The notes: generated by a model from the letters alone, not told the origin. A DNA stretch of 58,700 bases, filler included, from Callorhinchus milii (GCF_018977255.1; 2 parts of 2 records of this genome joined end to end with filler, not necessarily neighbours in it), one strand, 5' to 3'. Shown: positions 35,365-48,400, counted from the first letter of the whole stretch. Numbers and translations are program-made.

Positions 35365-35971
35365 ACGAATTGGAACGTTCTGTTGACGTGACAACCCTTA
35401 CGAGTTGGCTGTGTCGGGTGGTGGCGGGTTTAACGACACAACATTTATATATTTGCGCGATCTAACCCAAAACACCTCCATCATGGATACTTACACATAT
35501 GTACATACATATCTTGCCAGCTGGATGTGGGTGGTTAAGCAAGTCCTCAACTCACAATTTTAATGCCGTAAGTTCAGATCATAGTCAGTGTTCATCGGTT
35601 ATCCGTGGCTGTCTTATGGACTGAATGGTCCTCGTCATATGAATGTGGAATTTCCTCGATTCACTGAGGGCCACCAAACGAGATGAGCACTGGCCCAGAC
35701 TAATTTGAGCAAGGAGACACCTAACGCGATGTAGAGATCTTTTGAATGATTGTTGTTTGATACCCACAGCCCATTGCTCTCAAACCTCAGAGCAACTCGG
35801 TTGGAGTCCCGATCCGAGTGTTTCACTGCGAATACTGTTGCCCTGTTTAGCCCTCCAGACATTAGGAAGGCGGATGAAGGAAATGGGCCATCACTTATGA
35901 ACTGACTGGCTTCATTCCAAGCTCACTGACCACGAATGTGTTCGGCTGTTGCTGTAGCTAAATCCCCATTT

Positions 35972-36560
35972 AGTGGTGATGGTGGTGATGGTGGTGGTGA
36001 TGGTGATGGTGGTGGTGATGGTGGTGGTGATGGTGGTGATGGTGGTGATGGTGGTGGTGGTGGTGATGGTGTGATGGTGGTGGTAATGGTGATGATGGTG
36101 GTGGTGATGATGGTGGTGATGGTGATAATGGTGGTGGTGGTGATGATGATGATGGTGATGATGGTGATGATGGTAGTGGTGATGGTGATGATGGTGATGG
36201 TGGTGGTGGTGGTGATGATGATGGTGGTGATGGTGGTGGTGATGGTGGCGATGGTGGTGATGGAGATGGTGGTGGTGGTGATGGTGATGATGGTGGTGAT
36301 GGTGGTGATGGTGGTGATGGTGGTGGTGATGGTGGTGATGGTGGCGATGGTGGTGATGGAGATGGTGGTGGTGGTGATGGTGATGATGGTGGTGATGGTG
36401 GTGGTGATGGTGGTGATGGTGATGATGTGGTGATGGTGGTGATGGTGGTGATGGTGATGTGGGTGGTGATGATGGTGGTGATGGTGATGATGGTGATGGT
36501 GGTGATGATGGTGGTGATGGTGGTGATGGTAGTGGTTATGGTGATAATGGTGGTGGTGGT
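35972..36560. repeat. (GGT/GAT)n microsatellite
   Basis: Directly visible. Confidence 0.95.
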
Positions 36561-37364
36561 TTAACGCCGTGACACTTGAGATCAGCAAAGGTGACGGTGT
36601 TCTTCATTCTGCGGCACGAGCACTTTGTGTTGGCTAGTTGTGGGTTGAGGGTGAATCGAGTCGAGCGAGCCGCCGCTGTTGCAGAATCTCCGCCTCATTA
36701 CGGCCGTACGGTGCAACTCGTTGCGAAGAATCAAGGTTGACAACAAACGGAAATGAATCAAGCGCTCGTGTCGTTCTCACCGTGACGTGGTGCAGTCGCG
36801 GGCAAGTTGAGCGAATAAGATACAAACAAAGGAAACTCCAAGAATCAGAATATTTATTTAAACTGCAGGAGAAATCCGATGAGCTCTTAAAGCTCTTTAA
36901 CCCCACAGAAATCCAGTCGGGGCAGGGGGTCAGAACGTTGCAACAAACACGAAATACACAAACACGATAGGCGTGCATAGTATAGTAAAGGTGAACACAT
37001 CACTTAAAAATATACACATCATCATCAACGTCATCAGCAAGACATGTTCTATCCATTACTGGGTGAATGACTCCAGAACACCGTCACCATCCCCCATGAT
37101 CCCGTGATGCCACACCCGATGGGGGCTGCTTGCACATGAACTGACCTCACCGCTACGTGTCTCACCTTGCACACATTACTAACACACACACAGTGTACAC
37201 ACAGTGTACACACAGTGTACACATCATCATCATCACGAGTCGTTGTCTATCCACTGCTGGGTGAAGGACTCCCTGCACTGACGATATCCCTGCTGCACGT
37301 GAGAGACTTTGGGTGGGGGAGGTCTTTCATCCCAGCAGCAGATTGACCATGGCTGCCGCTCGCT

Positions 37365-38740
37365 GCTGATGGTGGTGATGGTGGTGGTGGTGATGGTGGT
37401 GATGGTGGTGGTGGTGATGGTGGTGGTGATGGTGGTGATGGTGGTGGTGATGTTGCTGATGGTGGTGATGGTGGTGGTGATGGTGGTGATGGTGGTGTGG
37501 TGATGGTGATGGTGGGATGGTGGTGGTGATGTGCTGATGGTGGTGATGGTGGTGGTGATGGTGTGATGGTGTTGCTGATGGTGGTGATGGTGGTGGTGAT
37601 GTTGCTGATGGTGGTGATGGTGGTGATGGTGGTGGTGATGGTGGTGATGGTGGTGGTGATGTTCTGATGTGGTGATGGTGGTGGTGATGGTGGTGATGGT
37701 GGTGGTGATGTTGCTGATGGTGGTGATGGTGGTGGTGATGGTAGTGATGGGGTGATGGTGGTGGTGATGGTGATGATGGTGGTGATGGTGGTGATGGTGT
37801 TGCTGATGTTGAGGATGGTGTGGTGATGTTGCTGATGGTGGTGGTGATAGGGTGATGGTGGTGGTGATGGTAGTGATGGTGGTGATGGTGGTGGTGATGG
37901 TGTTGCTGGATGTTGCTGATGGTGGTGATGGTGTGGTGATGGTGGTGACGGTGGTGGTGGTGGTGGTGATGGTGGTGATGATGGTGTGATGGTGGTGATG
38001 GTGTTGCTGATGTTGGTGATGGTGGTGGTGATGTTGCTGATGGTGGTGGTGGTGGTGATGGTGGTGATGGTGGTGGTGATGGTAGTGATGGTGGTGATGG
38101 TGTTGCTGATGTTGCTGATGTTGCTGATGGTGGTGATGTTGCTGATGGTGATGGTGTGATGGTGGTGATGGTGGTGGTGATGGTGGGGTGATGGTGGTGG
38201 TGATGGTGGTGATGGTGGTGGTGATGGTGTTGGTGGTGGTGATGGTGGTGGTGATGTTGCTGATGGTGGTGATGGTGGTGGTGGTGATGGTGGTGATGGT
38301 GTTGCTGATGTTGCTGATGGTGGTGATGGTGGTGGTGATGTTGCTGATGGTGGTGGTGATGTGGTGATGGTGATGGTGGTGATGGTGGTGGTGATGTTGC
38401 TGATGGTGGTGATGGTGGTGATGGTGGTGGTGGTGATGGTGGTGATGGTGTTGCTGATGTTGCTGATGGTGGTGATGGTGGTGGTGATGTTGCTGATGGT
38501 GGTTGTGATGGTGGTGATGGTGATGGTGGTGATGGTGATGGTGGTGGTGATGTGCTGATGGTGGTGATGGTGGTGATGGTGGTGGTGATGGTGGTGGTGA
38601 TGGTGGTGATGGTGGTGGTGATGGTGGTGATGGTGATGGTGGTGGTGATGGTGGTGATGGTGTTGCTGATGTTGCTGATGGTGTTGCTGATGTTGCTGAT
38701 GGTGGTGGTGATGGTGTGATGGTGGTGGTGATGGTGGTGG
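37365..38740. repeat. (GGT/GAT/GCT)n microsatellite at the left flank of the LTR array
   Basis: Directly visible. Confidence 0.95.
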
Positions 38741-41700
38741 TGTTGTATATGTTGGTTATGAAAATTTGTTATGTTGTATGCGTGCGTGGGTGAAATTATT
38801 ATGTTGTATATGTGGTTATGAATATTCAGTGGAAATAATAATAATTAAATGAAATTTGGCCAAATGTGTAATTATCCGGAAATATGTTAATTTATGTAAT
38901 TACGCACATTTTAATTATGCCAATTCAAGAGGTAGTCGTATTAATTATGCGAGTGGGTTTAATTATGATAATGCAAGTCGTTATGATAACCAGACCCCGG
39001 TTCACCCGTTATCGCTTTAACATTTACTGAGTATGTATTAGTGTGTTTATTAAGGTCACCAAGTTCAAATCTCAACGCAGAAGCAGATCTTATGCATAGA
39101 TTTCAGGAAAGAATCACACAACCACTTCTGTATTGATCAATTTATTACTAATTCAACCTTAACTATGATATAGTATGCGAACTCTCAATCCGGAACGTCA
39201 ATACGGCATCAATACAGTATCATCAACGATTGTCTGATTTCACTTTGACAACGGCACATGGATCCGCATAACGCGATGGTTCTTAGTGAGAGAGAGAGTC
39301 GTTAAAACATGCAAATACTATGCTAAGAAAACCTAACGTTAATGAATGATTATACTCATATTGTTCACGCAGTACCGCACTCCTTATTGATCATACGCAA
39401 CCCTTATCACGTTGTTAACACCTTGGGTCACGGAACAGTTGAATATTCTGTAGAGGATGCGAGTACGTGCGGCGATTATGACTGAAGATACTTGAAAGAT
39501 TATACGGCGATAAAACAAAACAATCAAAACAGTTATTATTCTTAAAGGCACCAATCTCAACAGATACATCGGCAGGTTATCTGACAACAGAACGCTTGGA
39601 GTAAGGGCCTGCGACGGTGCTCCTTTTCCGAAGCTCGTTATCTATACCAAGTTTACTAATTGGGGACCAGATCACCTGATAAGGGTCCGGTGGCCACCAC
39701 TCCCCACGTGAGCGTGGCTCGGCGGAAGGAGGTGCCAAGAATCAGTTCGTATTGATGGATCTGTTGGGAATTTATGCGATAAGAGTACAGCCCACTAAAT
39801 ATTAAAGATAAAAATTAAGAATACTCTTATAAGAGACGGAGGGCCATCACTCGGTCTCGTTGTGATGCTTTCCAGCCACGGATGGCTTATGGGTTCGAGT
39901 GTTTTGAGTGGTAAGAGTTGTCTTGAATAGTCAGTGTTCGGAGTCGATTCTTTAGGTCAAACAGACGCCTGGTGGTCGTGTGGTGGGGGGGCGGTGCGCG
40001 TCATACGTATCAGTCGATCCCCTGTCACCGTGGTGGTTCGGATGGCTGTTGATACGCTGTCGCAGTTCGGAACCCGGTCGTAGGTGGCGCCCACAACTCG
40101 CTCGTAGCGTGCAGCGCTGGATCGTCGCCAAACCGCAACGATCACCACTCCGGCGGCAGCAGAGACCTCCGGCGGCAGAGGTTGACGAGCTGGAGATGAG
40201 TCGAGCCGACCCGCTGGTCGCAGCTCGCTCCTGAGTCGACCCTCCCGGTCGAGCTCGCTCCTGGGTCGACCCGCTGGTCGCCCTCGCTCCTGAGTCGACT
40301 CTCTGGTCGCACTCCTGAGTGGACCCGCTGGTCGCGCTCCTGAGTGGACCCACTGGTCGCACTCCTCCTGAGCCGACTCTCCGGTCGCGCTCCTGAGTGA
40401 ACCCGCTGGTCGCACTCCTCCTGAGCCGACTCTCCCGGTCGCGCTCCTGAGTGAACCCGCTGGTCGCACTCGTTCCTGAGTCGACCCTCCCGGTCGAGCT
40501 TCTGAGTGGACCCTCCCGTCGCACTCGTTCCTGAGTCGACCCTCCCGGTCGAGCTTCTGAGTGGACCCTCCCGTCGCACTGGTTTCCAATGCTCAGGATC
40601 CGTTCCTTTATGCCGAAAAATCCCCCTGGATCCCGCCCACAAGGCGGGGCTTCCGATTTTTGCTGTGTCAGGATCTGTCCGTAGGCAGGTGTGTCCATGT
40701 GTGTGTCCGTACGTCCGTGTGTCCTTGTGTGCATCACTGACGGTATATTCCGTTGTCACACTCCCTCCATAAAACCCACGAGCAAACAACCAGATGTTAC
40801 AAATTGCCTCGAAGTCGTCTCTCTGTCTGGGTGCAATTTATCTCTTGTCTGGCCTTCTTCATGAACCCAAAACACAGACGTTACAAATCGTCTCATAGGC
40901 GTCTTTGTTCGTGTTGCACAACCTGGAGGGAGGGGCAACACTCTCTCCGACCCGGCGCACAAAGAAATGGTTAAAAAGTTTTAAGTTAACATTTGTCCCT
41001 TACTATTTCACAGTTATGATTCTGTATGTAACCTAAGGTCTGTCGTTTCATCGTGATGCTTGACTCCAGTGGAGGTGTTTCCCCGAGCGTATACACACTC
41101 CTATCCCGCGCTGCGGGAATACAAAGACGGCCGGGATCTCCCTTTCTCTCCGACCCTGGGTTTAACATCGTTTTTTTTATTATGTATTCATATTCGACCT
41201 GGTGTGATTCATCCCGTTATCCTGGCTTTTCCATAAGTTTTACTTTTGTCTTTTCATGCATATACTTATTACTATTAATTTATTTCCGATATCTTAGGTT
41301 AAGGGTAAGTTTCTTGATCCTAGGAATTCGTATTCCTTGGTGCCTGCATGGTTATATAAGCGGAATATAGTTTACGGTGAATAGCGTTAACATTGATGCT
41401 ATGTACGATATTATGTATTGTGATGTCTTTAACTTAACTTGTTTGTCAGAGCTTTACTGACACGAAGTTGTATTTCATAGCCCGCAGTCTTTGCCCCACC
41501 CTATCTCTGCTCGCCGTTGTTGTTGCCCATCCAGCTGGCCGTTGTTCAAGGCCTCATTAATTTCCGTCACTCCTGAGGTGAGGGCGGTTGAACCTTGGAG
41601 TCAGTTCTGGTTTTTGTCTGCCGCCGTGCTCTTAATTTCCTTCCTCTTCAACCTTATATATGATATATTCGCTCCTGTTTGGGTGCGATTCAATTTTGAC

Positions 41701-42456
41701 TTAGGAAGGTTCTGATTGTCATATGCTTCGGGTCGAGTTGTATAGAAAGTATTAAAGTATGGAAATAACATTTCATATTGACTTAATGATGGTGATGGTT
41801 CAGTAGGCGTAACTTGTGGCCTGGTTTAATTGGAGTGGGTGTGAATATCAATAACTTTAGCCTACTCTGTTGTTAAATTCCGACTTTAACGTTACTTTAA
41901 TAGCAATACAGAATAATTGAGCTTTTTGTCTTAACTAGGCGAATGCGAACTTCTGGTGACCCCCGCAGCCGTGTTGTTCAGCTGGGTCTGCCCGCCTTGA
42001 GAGATATACAACATTTTTTAAAATCAGCTCTCCCCTGTCCCTCCAACCTTCTGCTCTGGGAATGTTATTCTTAATGTCAGGTCCAAGGCCTCTTTGGGTT
42101 TATCTTTGTTTCCTCAGCTGCAGGAGGACAAGGCGTGCTTCTACCTCCCTTCCTGTGTGCACGTGTTCTAATTAGCTCGGAATCCCTAACACACAATCAG
42201 TGATGATTCCTGGCTTTCTGTGGTTATGACTTAGACAAAGGCGCCTTTGCTTTCTTTCACTGCCTTTGCCTTGAAGCAAGGTTGCAATTCTGTCATCCTA
42301 GCCCTCCTCTCGTTCATTACTTAACAACACCTGGTGTTTTTGCAGTTTGGTGCGCTTTGGTGTGTTTCACTCATTAAAAAACAAGTAAAAAGATAATATA
42401 TAAAAATCATCAAATATTATTAATCTCAATTATGGAAGAAGGGCTAGGATACAACA
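38741..42456 (-). mobile_element. LTR copy 1 (~3.7 kb) of the tandem gag-only LTR retroelement
   Basis: Bounded by the 8-bp inverted termini TGTTGTAT...ATACAACA; preceded on minus by PPT aaaagggcggaa (42457-42468); repeated at 45479 and 52064. Confidence 0.8.
40203..40580 (+). repeat. Array of 14 stem-loop units (about 22-30 nt) within LTR1
   Basis: Units such as gag-tcgacc-ctccc-ggtcga-g-ctc and gagtg-gacc-cgct-ggtc-g-cactc separated by (cg)ctcct; about 10-11 units in LTR2 (46949-47232) and 10 in LTR3 (53542-53809). Confidence 0.9.
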
Positions 42457-42792
42457 TTCCGCCCTTTTAAAAATGACCAGTGGTCAAATGGCCACGGGTT
42501 ATTTTTAAAAAAATGTATACCCTTCTTCCATCATGAACCATCGATTGTCCTCAAGTTTTGCTGCTATTCCTTACAACGCGCGCGTACGTGTCACAACTTA
42601 ACATGGTTATATTTGAATGAGCAAAGAAAATTAAACAAGCGTTAAACATCGATATTGCGTTACATCGGTTCTGATACATCATGACTCCGACGAATATTCA
42701 TTTTTGTTTTTGTTAAATCCTGGGAAACGCTAGGTAGCGGTTTCGAACGCATTTATGCGTTACCTTCCTCATGTTGCCTCGTTCACCACTTA

Positions 42793-45194
42793 TCACTTCG
42801 ATAATTCGATCACGGTTTTCGGGTTCGTTTTTGTAGTTTCCTCTCTGACTCTCTGTGTCGTGGGAGTGTGTGGTGAAAAATTGTGCTGCACATAACCAGA
42901 ATTCGCGCACACGACCCACTTTGACACTTGGTTCGAGGCATTCGCTCTCTCTGCGATTACATGCACATTTGCCGAGTCAGTGTGTCGATTTAATTCTGTC
43001 CCTCGTAATGTTGCCCTCTTTGTTTTTACTAGTGTGTTGGATTTCAACACCATTCCCGATACGTCATGGACATTCGTCTCCATTTTAGCACTCCGATCCA
43101 CATAATTTTTGGTTTCCCTTGGATATTTTCCATTCAAAGGCTCATGCCTGCGCTCCTCAGGGCGTGTCCCTGCTGTCTGTTTTTGTACTGTCCGATCACG
43201 CTTCAATGCAACCCTGTCCTTGTATTCGATCCGCGCGTCATTTACGGGAGCACTGTCCACGTTTTTGCCCGCCCTGTCACTTGCAGCCTGCCGTATTTCA
43301 CATTGAGCGCCGGGTTTAACACCTCGGCGGGTGTGGCGCGTATGGGCTGCCCGCTCTCAATCACTGTGGATGGTTCATCACGTATTTGGACCGTATTCTG
43401 TGTTATTCCTCTATTCCCTCCTGGTATAGCCGGTGGAGGAATTGGTCGGAATTGGATCGATTGTGTTTGACCTCCCATCCTGCGATTCTCGTGAATGTTC
43501 GCATCCATACCTCCGCGGTATGTGTAACACCTTCCCGCTAGGTGGTTATCTTCCCATCTCTGTGCGTAATTTGAACCTTGCGTGTGTCGTGGGATGGGGT
43601 GTTGATATGGTTCTGCTCTGAACCTCTCCCTCCTACGATTCTCCTGCACCCTTGGCCCAGTGTTTTTCCCATTTGGGTGCCAAATTTTTCCTGGATTGTT
43701 ACTTCGCCATCCCTGTGGGTAATCTTGACCTTGCGCATGTCGGGGCATGGGGTGTTGGTATGGTTCTATTCTGAACCTCCCCCTCCTGCGATTCTCCTGA
43801 ATGTTCGGCTTTGTGCCGCTCTCATTCTCGTGCCAACCTCTCTCTGGGTTATTTTGCCATGTGTGCGTGCGTTTCTGCTGCTCTCTGCATGGTGGGACTG
43901 CTCGGTGATTTTTATTCCTCTCTGAGAGGCTGGGTTCCTCATCCCTCTCCCTGTGTTCTGGATCCGAATTATGATTCTTAGCTCTGTATAACCATGCCAT
44001 GTACGCCTTGCTCTCTATGCGGCGTAAGGATGCGGTTTCTGGATTCAAAACCATTCTCACCCTTTCTGTAATCTCTGGGCTCAAGGATTCAAAAAACATA
44101 ATTTTGAACATTTTATCCCCTTCGTGGTATTGATTCACATCGCCTGCGTAATACGCTCTTTTAAATTGGACGAGGTAGTCACGTGGATCTTGGTCCATGC
44201 CCTGGGTCATCGATTTTACAGCATAAAACCCCTCAGTGAGTGTCGAATATTCTCCAAACTTCCGAATCACTGCCAGGCTCAATTGTTTAAAATCATTTCT
44301 AACCTTGTGTGGTAGTGACTTTACCCATGGAATAGATTCTTTATGTAAGGTCCGTTTCAACAAACTCGCTTTTTCATCCCGTCTCCTCAGCCCTCTAATC
44401 ATTGCCTCCTCTTCCACTGTCGCGATATGTGTGTGGATATCCATAGTCTTATTGTGGGGGTCAAAATCGGGAATTCTGACTAGAGCCTTGTCCATCAACT
44501 TAAGGGTTTTACTGGTGAACAGGTATTCCGAAAGTTGATTGCTGACAGCGTCATCATCAAACAAGTTATCATCAGGCAATCTGTCACTTTGGTCTGTGCT
44601 GTGTCTCTTGTGTTTAAGTGGTGTGCATTTTCTGTGTGCGCGCCCAGGGCCGTGTCGCTCGTGTTGCCATTTCCCTTCAGTTTTTGCCTCTGCCCTTAGT
44701 GTACCATGTCCTGGCGATTTTACTTTAACTTTTGTGCGATCAATCCCTGGACTCTGTCCACGTACCCAAGAGAGTGATTTGATGTTACTTCCATATTTAT
44801 TCTGTGGCTCAACGTCTGTGAGTTTCGCTGGTGTCGCGAGCTTTGATTTCTCCTCCCTCTCGAGGGTGTGAGGACATTTCTCGTCGTTTATTAGAGACGA
44901 TTTCTCTCCCGTTTCCTTTCCAAATTTTCCTTCATTCCACAATCCCTGTCTGTATGCCTGTGTGAGAAGGTATGAGTCCTGTCCTGCCTTCTCTGCAGTT
45001 TTTGCATCGTGTTTGCCTTCGTTACTTTTTATCCAGTCAATTAGTTTCCCCCAAGGTGTGTTCGTGTTATCGATACAGCTCCCTTCCCATATGTCTCTCT
45101 GACTGTACTGCTTTGTAACAGATTGGTCGGTACGTTTAAATACGAGCTCCCCGTATCCCGTAACCCATTCAAATATTGTTCTTAATCCTAGCAT
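42793..45194 (-). CDS. gag: Gag (capsid-like) protein, copy 1; ~800 aa if a 1-bp indel at ~43290 is corrected
   Basis: IPDFDP...WVKSLP...NDFKQLSLAVIRKF...MTQGMDQDPRDYLVQFKRAYY...FFESLSPEI resembles retrotransposon capsid with an MHR-like motif; lies directly after the PBS. Confidence 0.82.
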
Positions 45195-45454
45195 CTTAAG
45201 TATGGCAAGAGTTACCTTAATATTTCTTTTCAGAGTGCATATAAACAATTGTATCACAGGATGCGTCAGTTCAACTCGAGCAAATAATCTCAGCCCAGCT
45301 GTCTTTGTTATACTCTGCTACTCTGGTATCTCCCTTCAGAGCGCGTTTTGTTTGTATACCCCCGTTTACAACCACAAGGCAACGTTAGTTCACAACACTT
45401 TGATTAACACATCAGTGATTCGTTCCTGAATTCATGCATAACTGTCTGCGAGAG

Positions 45455-45475
45455 ATCCCGGAAGACGAGCCCCCA
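45455..45475 (-). promoter_or_regulatory. tRNA-Pro primer-binding site, copy 1
   Basis: TGGGGGCTCGTC-tt-CCGGGAT begins 3 nt after the LTR CA; canonical PBS-Pro is TGGGGGCTCGTCCGGGAT. Confidence 0.88.
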
Positions 45476-45478
45476 TTA

Positions 45479-48400
45479 TGTTGTATATGTTGGTTATGAA
45501 AATTTGTTATGTTGTATGCGTGCGTGGGTGAAATTATTATGTTGTATATGTGGGTTATGAATATTCAGTGGAAATAATAATAATTAAATGAAATTTGGCC
45601 AAATGTGTAATTATCCGGAAATATGTTAATTTATGTAATTACGCACATTTTAATTATGCCAATTCAAGAGGTAATCGTATTAATTATGCGAGTGGGTGTA
45701 ATTATGATAATGCAAGTCGTTATGATAACCAGACCCCGGTTCACCCCGTTATCGCTTTAACATTTACTGAGTATGTATTAGTGTGTTTATTAAGGTCACC
45801 AAGTTCAAATCTCAACGCAGAAGCAGATCTTATGCATAGATTTCAGGAAAGAATCACACAACCACTTCTGTATTGATCAATTTATTACTAATTCAACCTT
45901 AACTATGATATAGTATGCGAACTCTCAATCCCGGAACGTCAATACGGCATCAATACAGTATCATCAACGATTGTCTGATTTCACTTTGACAACGGCACAT
46001 GGATCCCGCATAACGCGATGGTTCTTAGTGAGAGAGAGAGTCGTTAAAACATGCAAATACTATGCTAAGAAAACCTTAACGTTAATGAATGATTATACTC
46101 AATATTGTTCACGCAGTACCGCACTCCTTATTGATCATACGCAACCCTTATCACGTTGTTAACACCTTGGGTCACGGAACAGTTGAATATTCTGTAGAGG
46201 ATGCGAGTACGTGCGGCGATTATGACTGAAAGATACTTGAAAGATTATACGGCGATAAAAAAAACAATCAAAAACAGTTATTATTCTTAAAGGCACCAAT
46301 CTCAACAGATACATCGGCAGGTTATCTCCAGAACGGCTCGGAGTAAGGGCCTGCGACGGTGCTCCTTTTCCGAAGCTCGTTATCTTATACCAAGTTTACT
46401 AATTGGGGACCAGATCACCTGATAAGGTCCGGTGGGCCACCACTCCCCACGTGAGCGTGGCTCGGCGGAAGGAGGTGCCAAGAATCAGTTCGTATTGATG
46501 GATCTGTTGGGAATTTATGCGATTAAGAGTACAGCCCACTAAATATTAAAGATAAAAATTAAGAATACTCTTATAAACGACGGAGGGCCATCACTCGGTC
46601 TCGTTGTGATGCTTTCCAGCCACGGATGGCTTATGGGTTCGAGTGTTTTTGAGTGGTAAGAGTTGTCTTGAATAGTCAGTGTTCGGAGTCGATTCTTTAG
46701 GTCAAACAGACGCCTGGTGGTCGTGTGGTGAGGGGGCGGTGCGCGTCATACGTATCAGTCGATCCCCTGTCACCGTGGTGGTTCGGATGGCTGTTGATAC
46801 GCTGTCGCAGTTCGGAACCCGGTCGGTAGGTGGCGCCCACAACTCGCTCGTAGCGTGCAGCGCTGGATCGTCGCCAAACCGCAACGATCACCACTCCGGC
46901 GGCAGCAGAGACCTCCGGCGGCAGAGGTTGACGAGCTGAAGATGAGTCGAGCCGACCCGCTGGTCGCAGCTCGCTCCTGAGTCGACCCTCCCGGTCGAGC
47001 TCGCTCCTGGGTCGACCCGCTGGTCGCCCTCGCTCCTGAGTCGACTCTCTGGTCGCACTCCTGAGTGGACCCGCTGGTCGCGCTCCTGAGTGGACCCACT
47101 GGTCGCACTCCTCCTGAGCCGACTCTCCCGGTCGCGCTCCTGAGTGAACCCGCTGGTCGCACTCCTGAGTGCCCTCCCTCGCCTGAGTCGACCCTCCCGG
47201 TCGAGCTTCTGAGTGGACCCTCCCGTCGCACTGGTTTCCAATGCTCAGGATCCGTTCCTTTATGCCGAAAAATCCCCCTGGATCCCGCCCACAAGGCGGG
47301 GCTTCCGATTTTTGCTGTGTCAGGATCTGTCCGTAGGCAGGTGTGTCCATGTGTGTGTCCGTACGTCCGTGTGTCCTTGTGTGCATCACTGACGGTATAT
47401 TCCGTTGTCACACTCCCTCCATAAAACCCACGAGCAAACAATCAGATGTTACAAATTGCCTCGAAGTCGTCTCTCTGTCTGGGTGCAATTTATCTCTTGT
47501 CTGGCCTTCTTCATGAACCCAAAACACAGACGTTACAAATCGTCTCATAGGCGTCTTTGTTCGTGTTGCACAACCTGGAGGGAGGGGCAACACTCTCTCC
47601 GACCCGGCGCACAAAGAAATGGTTAAAAGTTTTAAGTTAACATTTGTCCCTTACTATTTCACAGTTATGATTCTGTATGTAACCTAAGGTCTGTCGTTTC
47701 CATCGTGTGCTTGACTCCAGTGGAGGTGTTTCCCCGAGCGTATACACACTCCTATCCCGCGCTGCGGGAATACAAAGACGGCCGGGATCTCCCTTTCTCT
47801 CCGACCCTGGGTTTAACATCGTTTTTTTTATTATGTATTATATTCGACCTGGTGGTGATTCATCCCGTTATCCTGGCTTTTCCATAAGTTTTACTTTTGT
47901 CTTTTCATGCATATACTTATTACTATTAATTTATTTCCGATATCTTAGGTTAAGGGGTAAGTTTCTTGATCCTAGGAATTCGTATTCCTTGGTGCCTGCA
48001 TGGTTATATAAGCGGAATATAGTTTACGGTGAATAGCGTTAACATTGATGCTATGTACGATATTATGTATTGTGATGTCTTTAACTTAACTTGTTTGTCA
48101 GAGCTTTACTGACACGAAGTTGATTTCATAGCCCGCAGTCTTTGCCCCACCCTATCTCTGCTCGCCGTTGTTGTTGCCTCCACTGCCGTTTTCAAGGCCT
48201 CATTAATTTCCGTCACTCCTGAGGTGAGGGCGGTTGAACCTTGGAGTCAGTTCTGGTTTTTGTCTGCCGCCGTGCTCTTAATTTCCTTCCCTCTTCAACC
48301 TTATATATGATATATTCGCTCCTGTTTGGGTGCGATTCAATTTTGACTTAGGAAGGTTCTGATTGTCATATGCTTCGGGTCGAGTTGTATAGAAAGTATT

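Noticed and set aside
37015..37275. Two ctatcca.t.ctgggtgaa.gactcc motifs next to (CAT)n as exons
   Set aside because: They resemble extreme 3' stubs of an RTE-type LINE (FTQQW plus (GAT)n tail); too short to call and no gene homology recognised.
40203..40580. LTR hairpin array as a CRISPR array, and the overlapping 200-260 aa ORFs as proteins
   Set aside because: No unique spacers; reading frames differ among the three LTR copies and merely reflect GC-rich repeats.
41890..42360. Apparent high divergence of LTR1 from LTR2
   Set aside because: Differences are mostly scattered single-base insertions, the pattern of raw long-read error.
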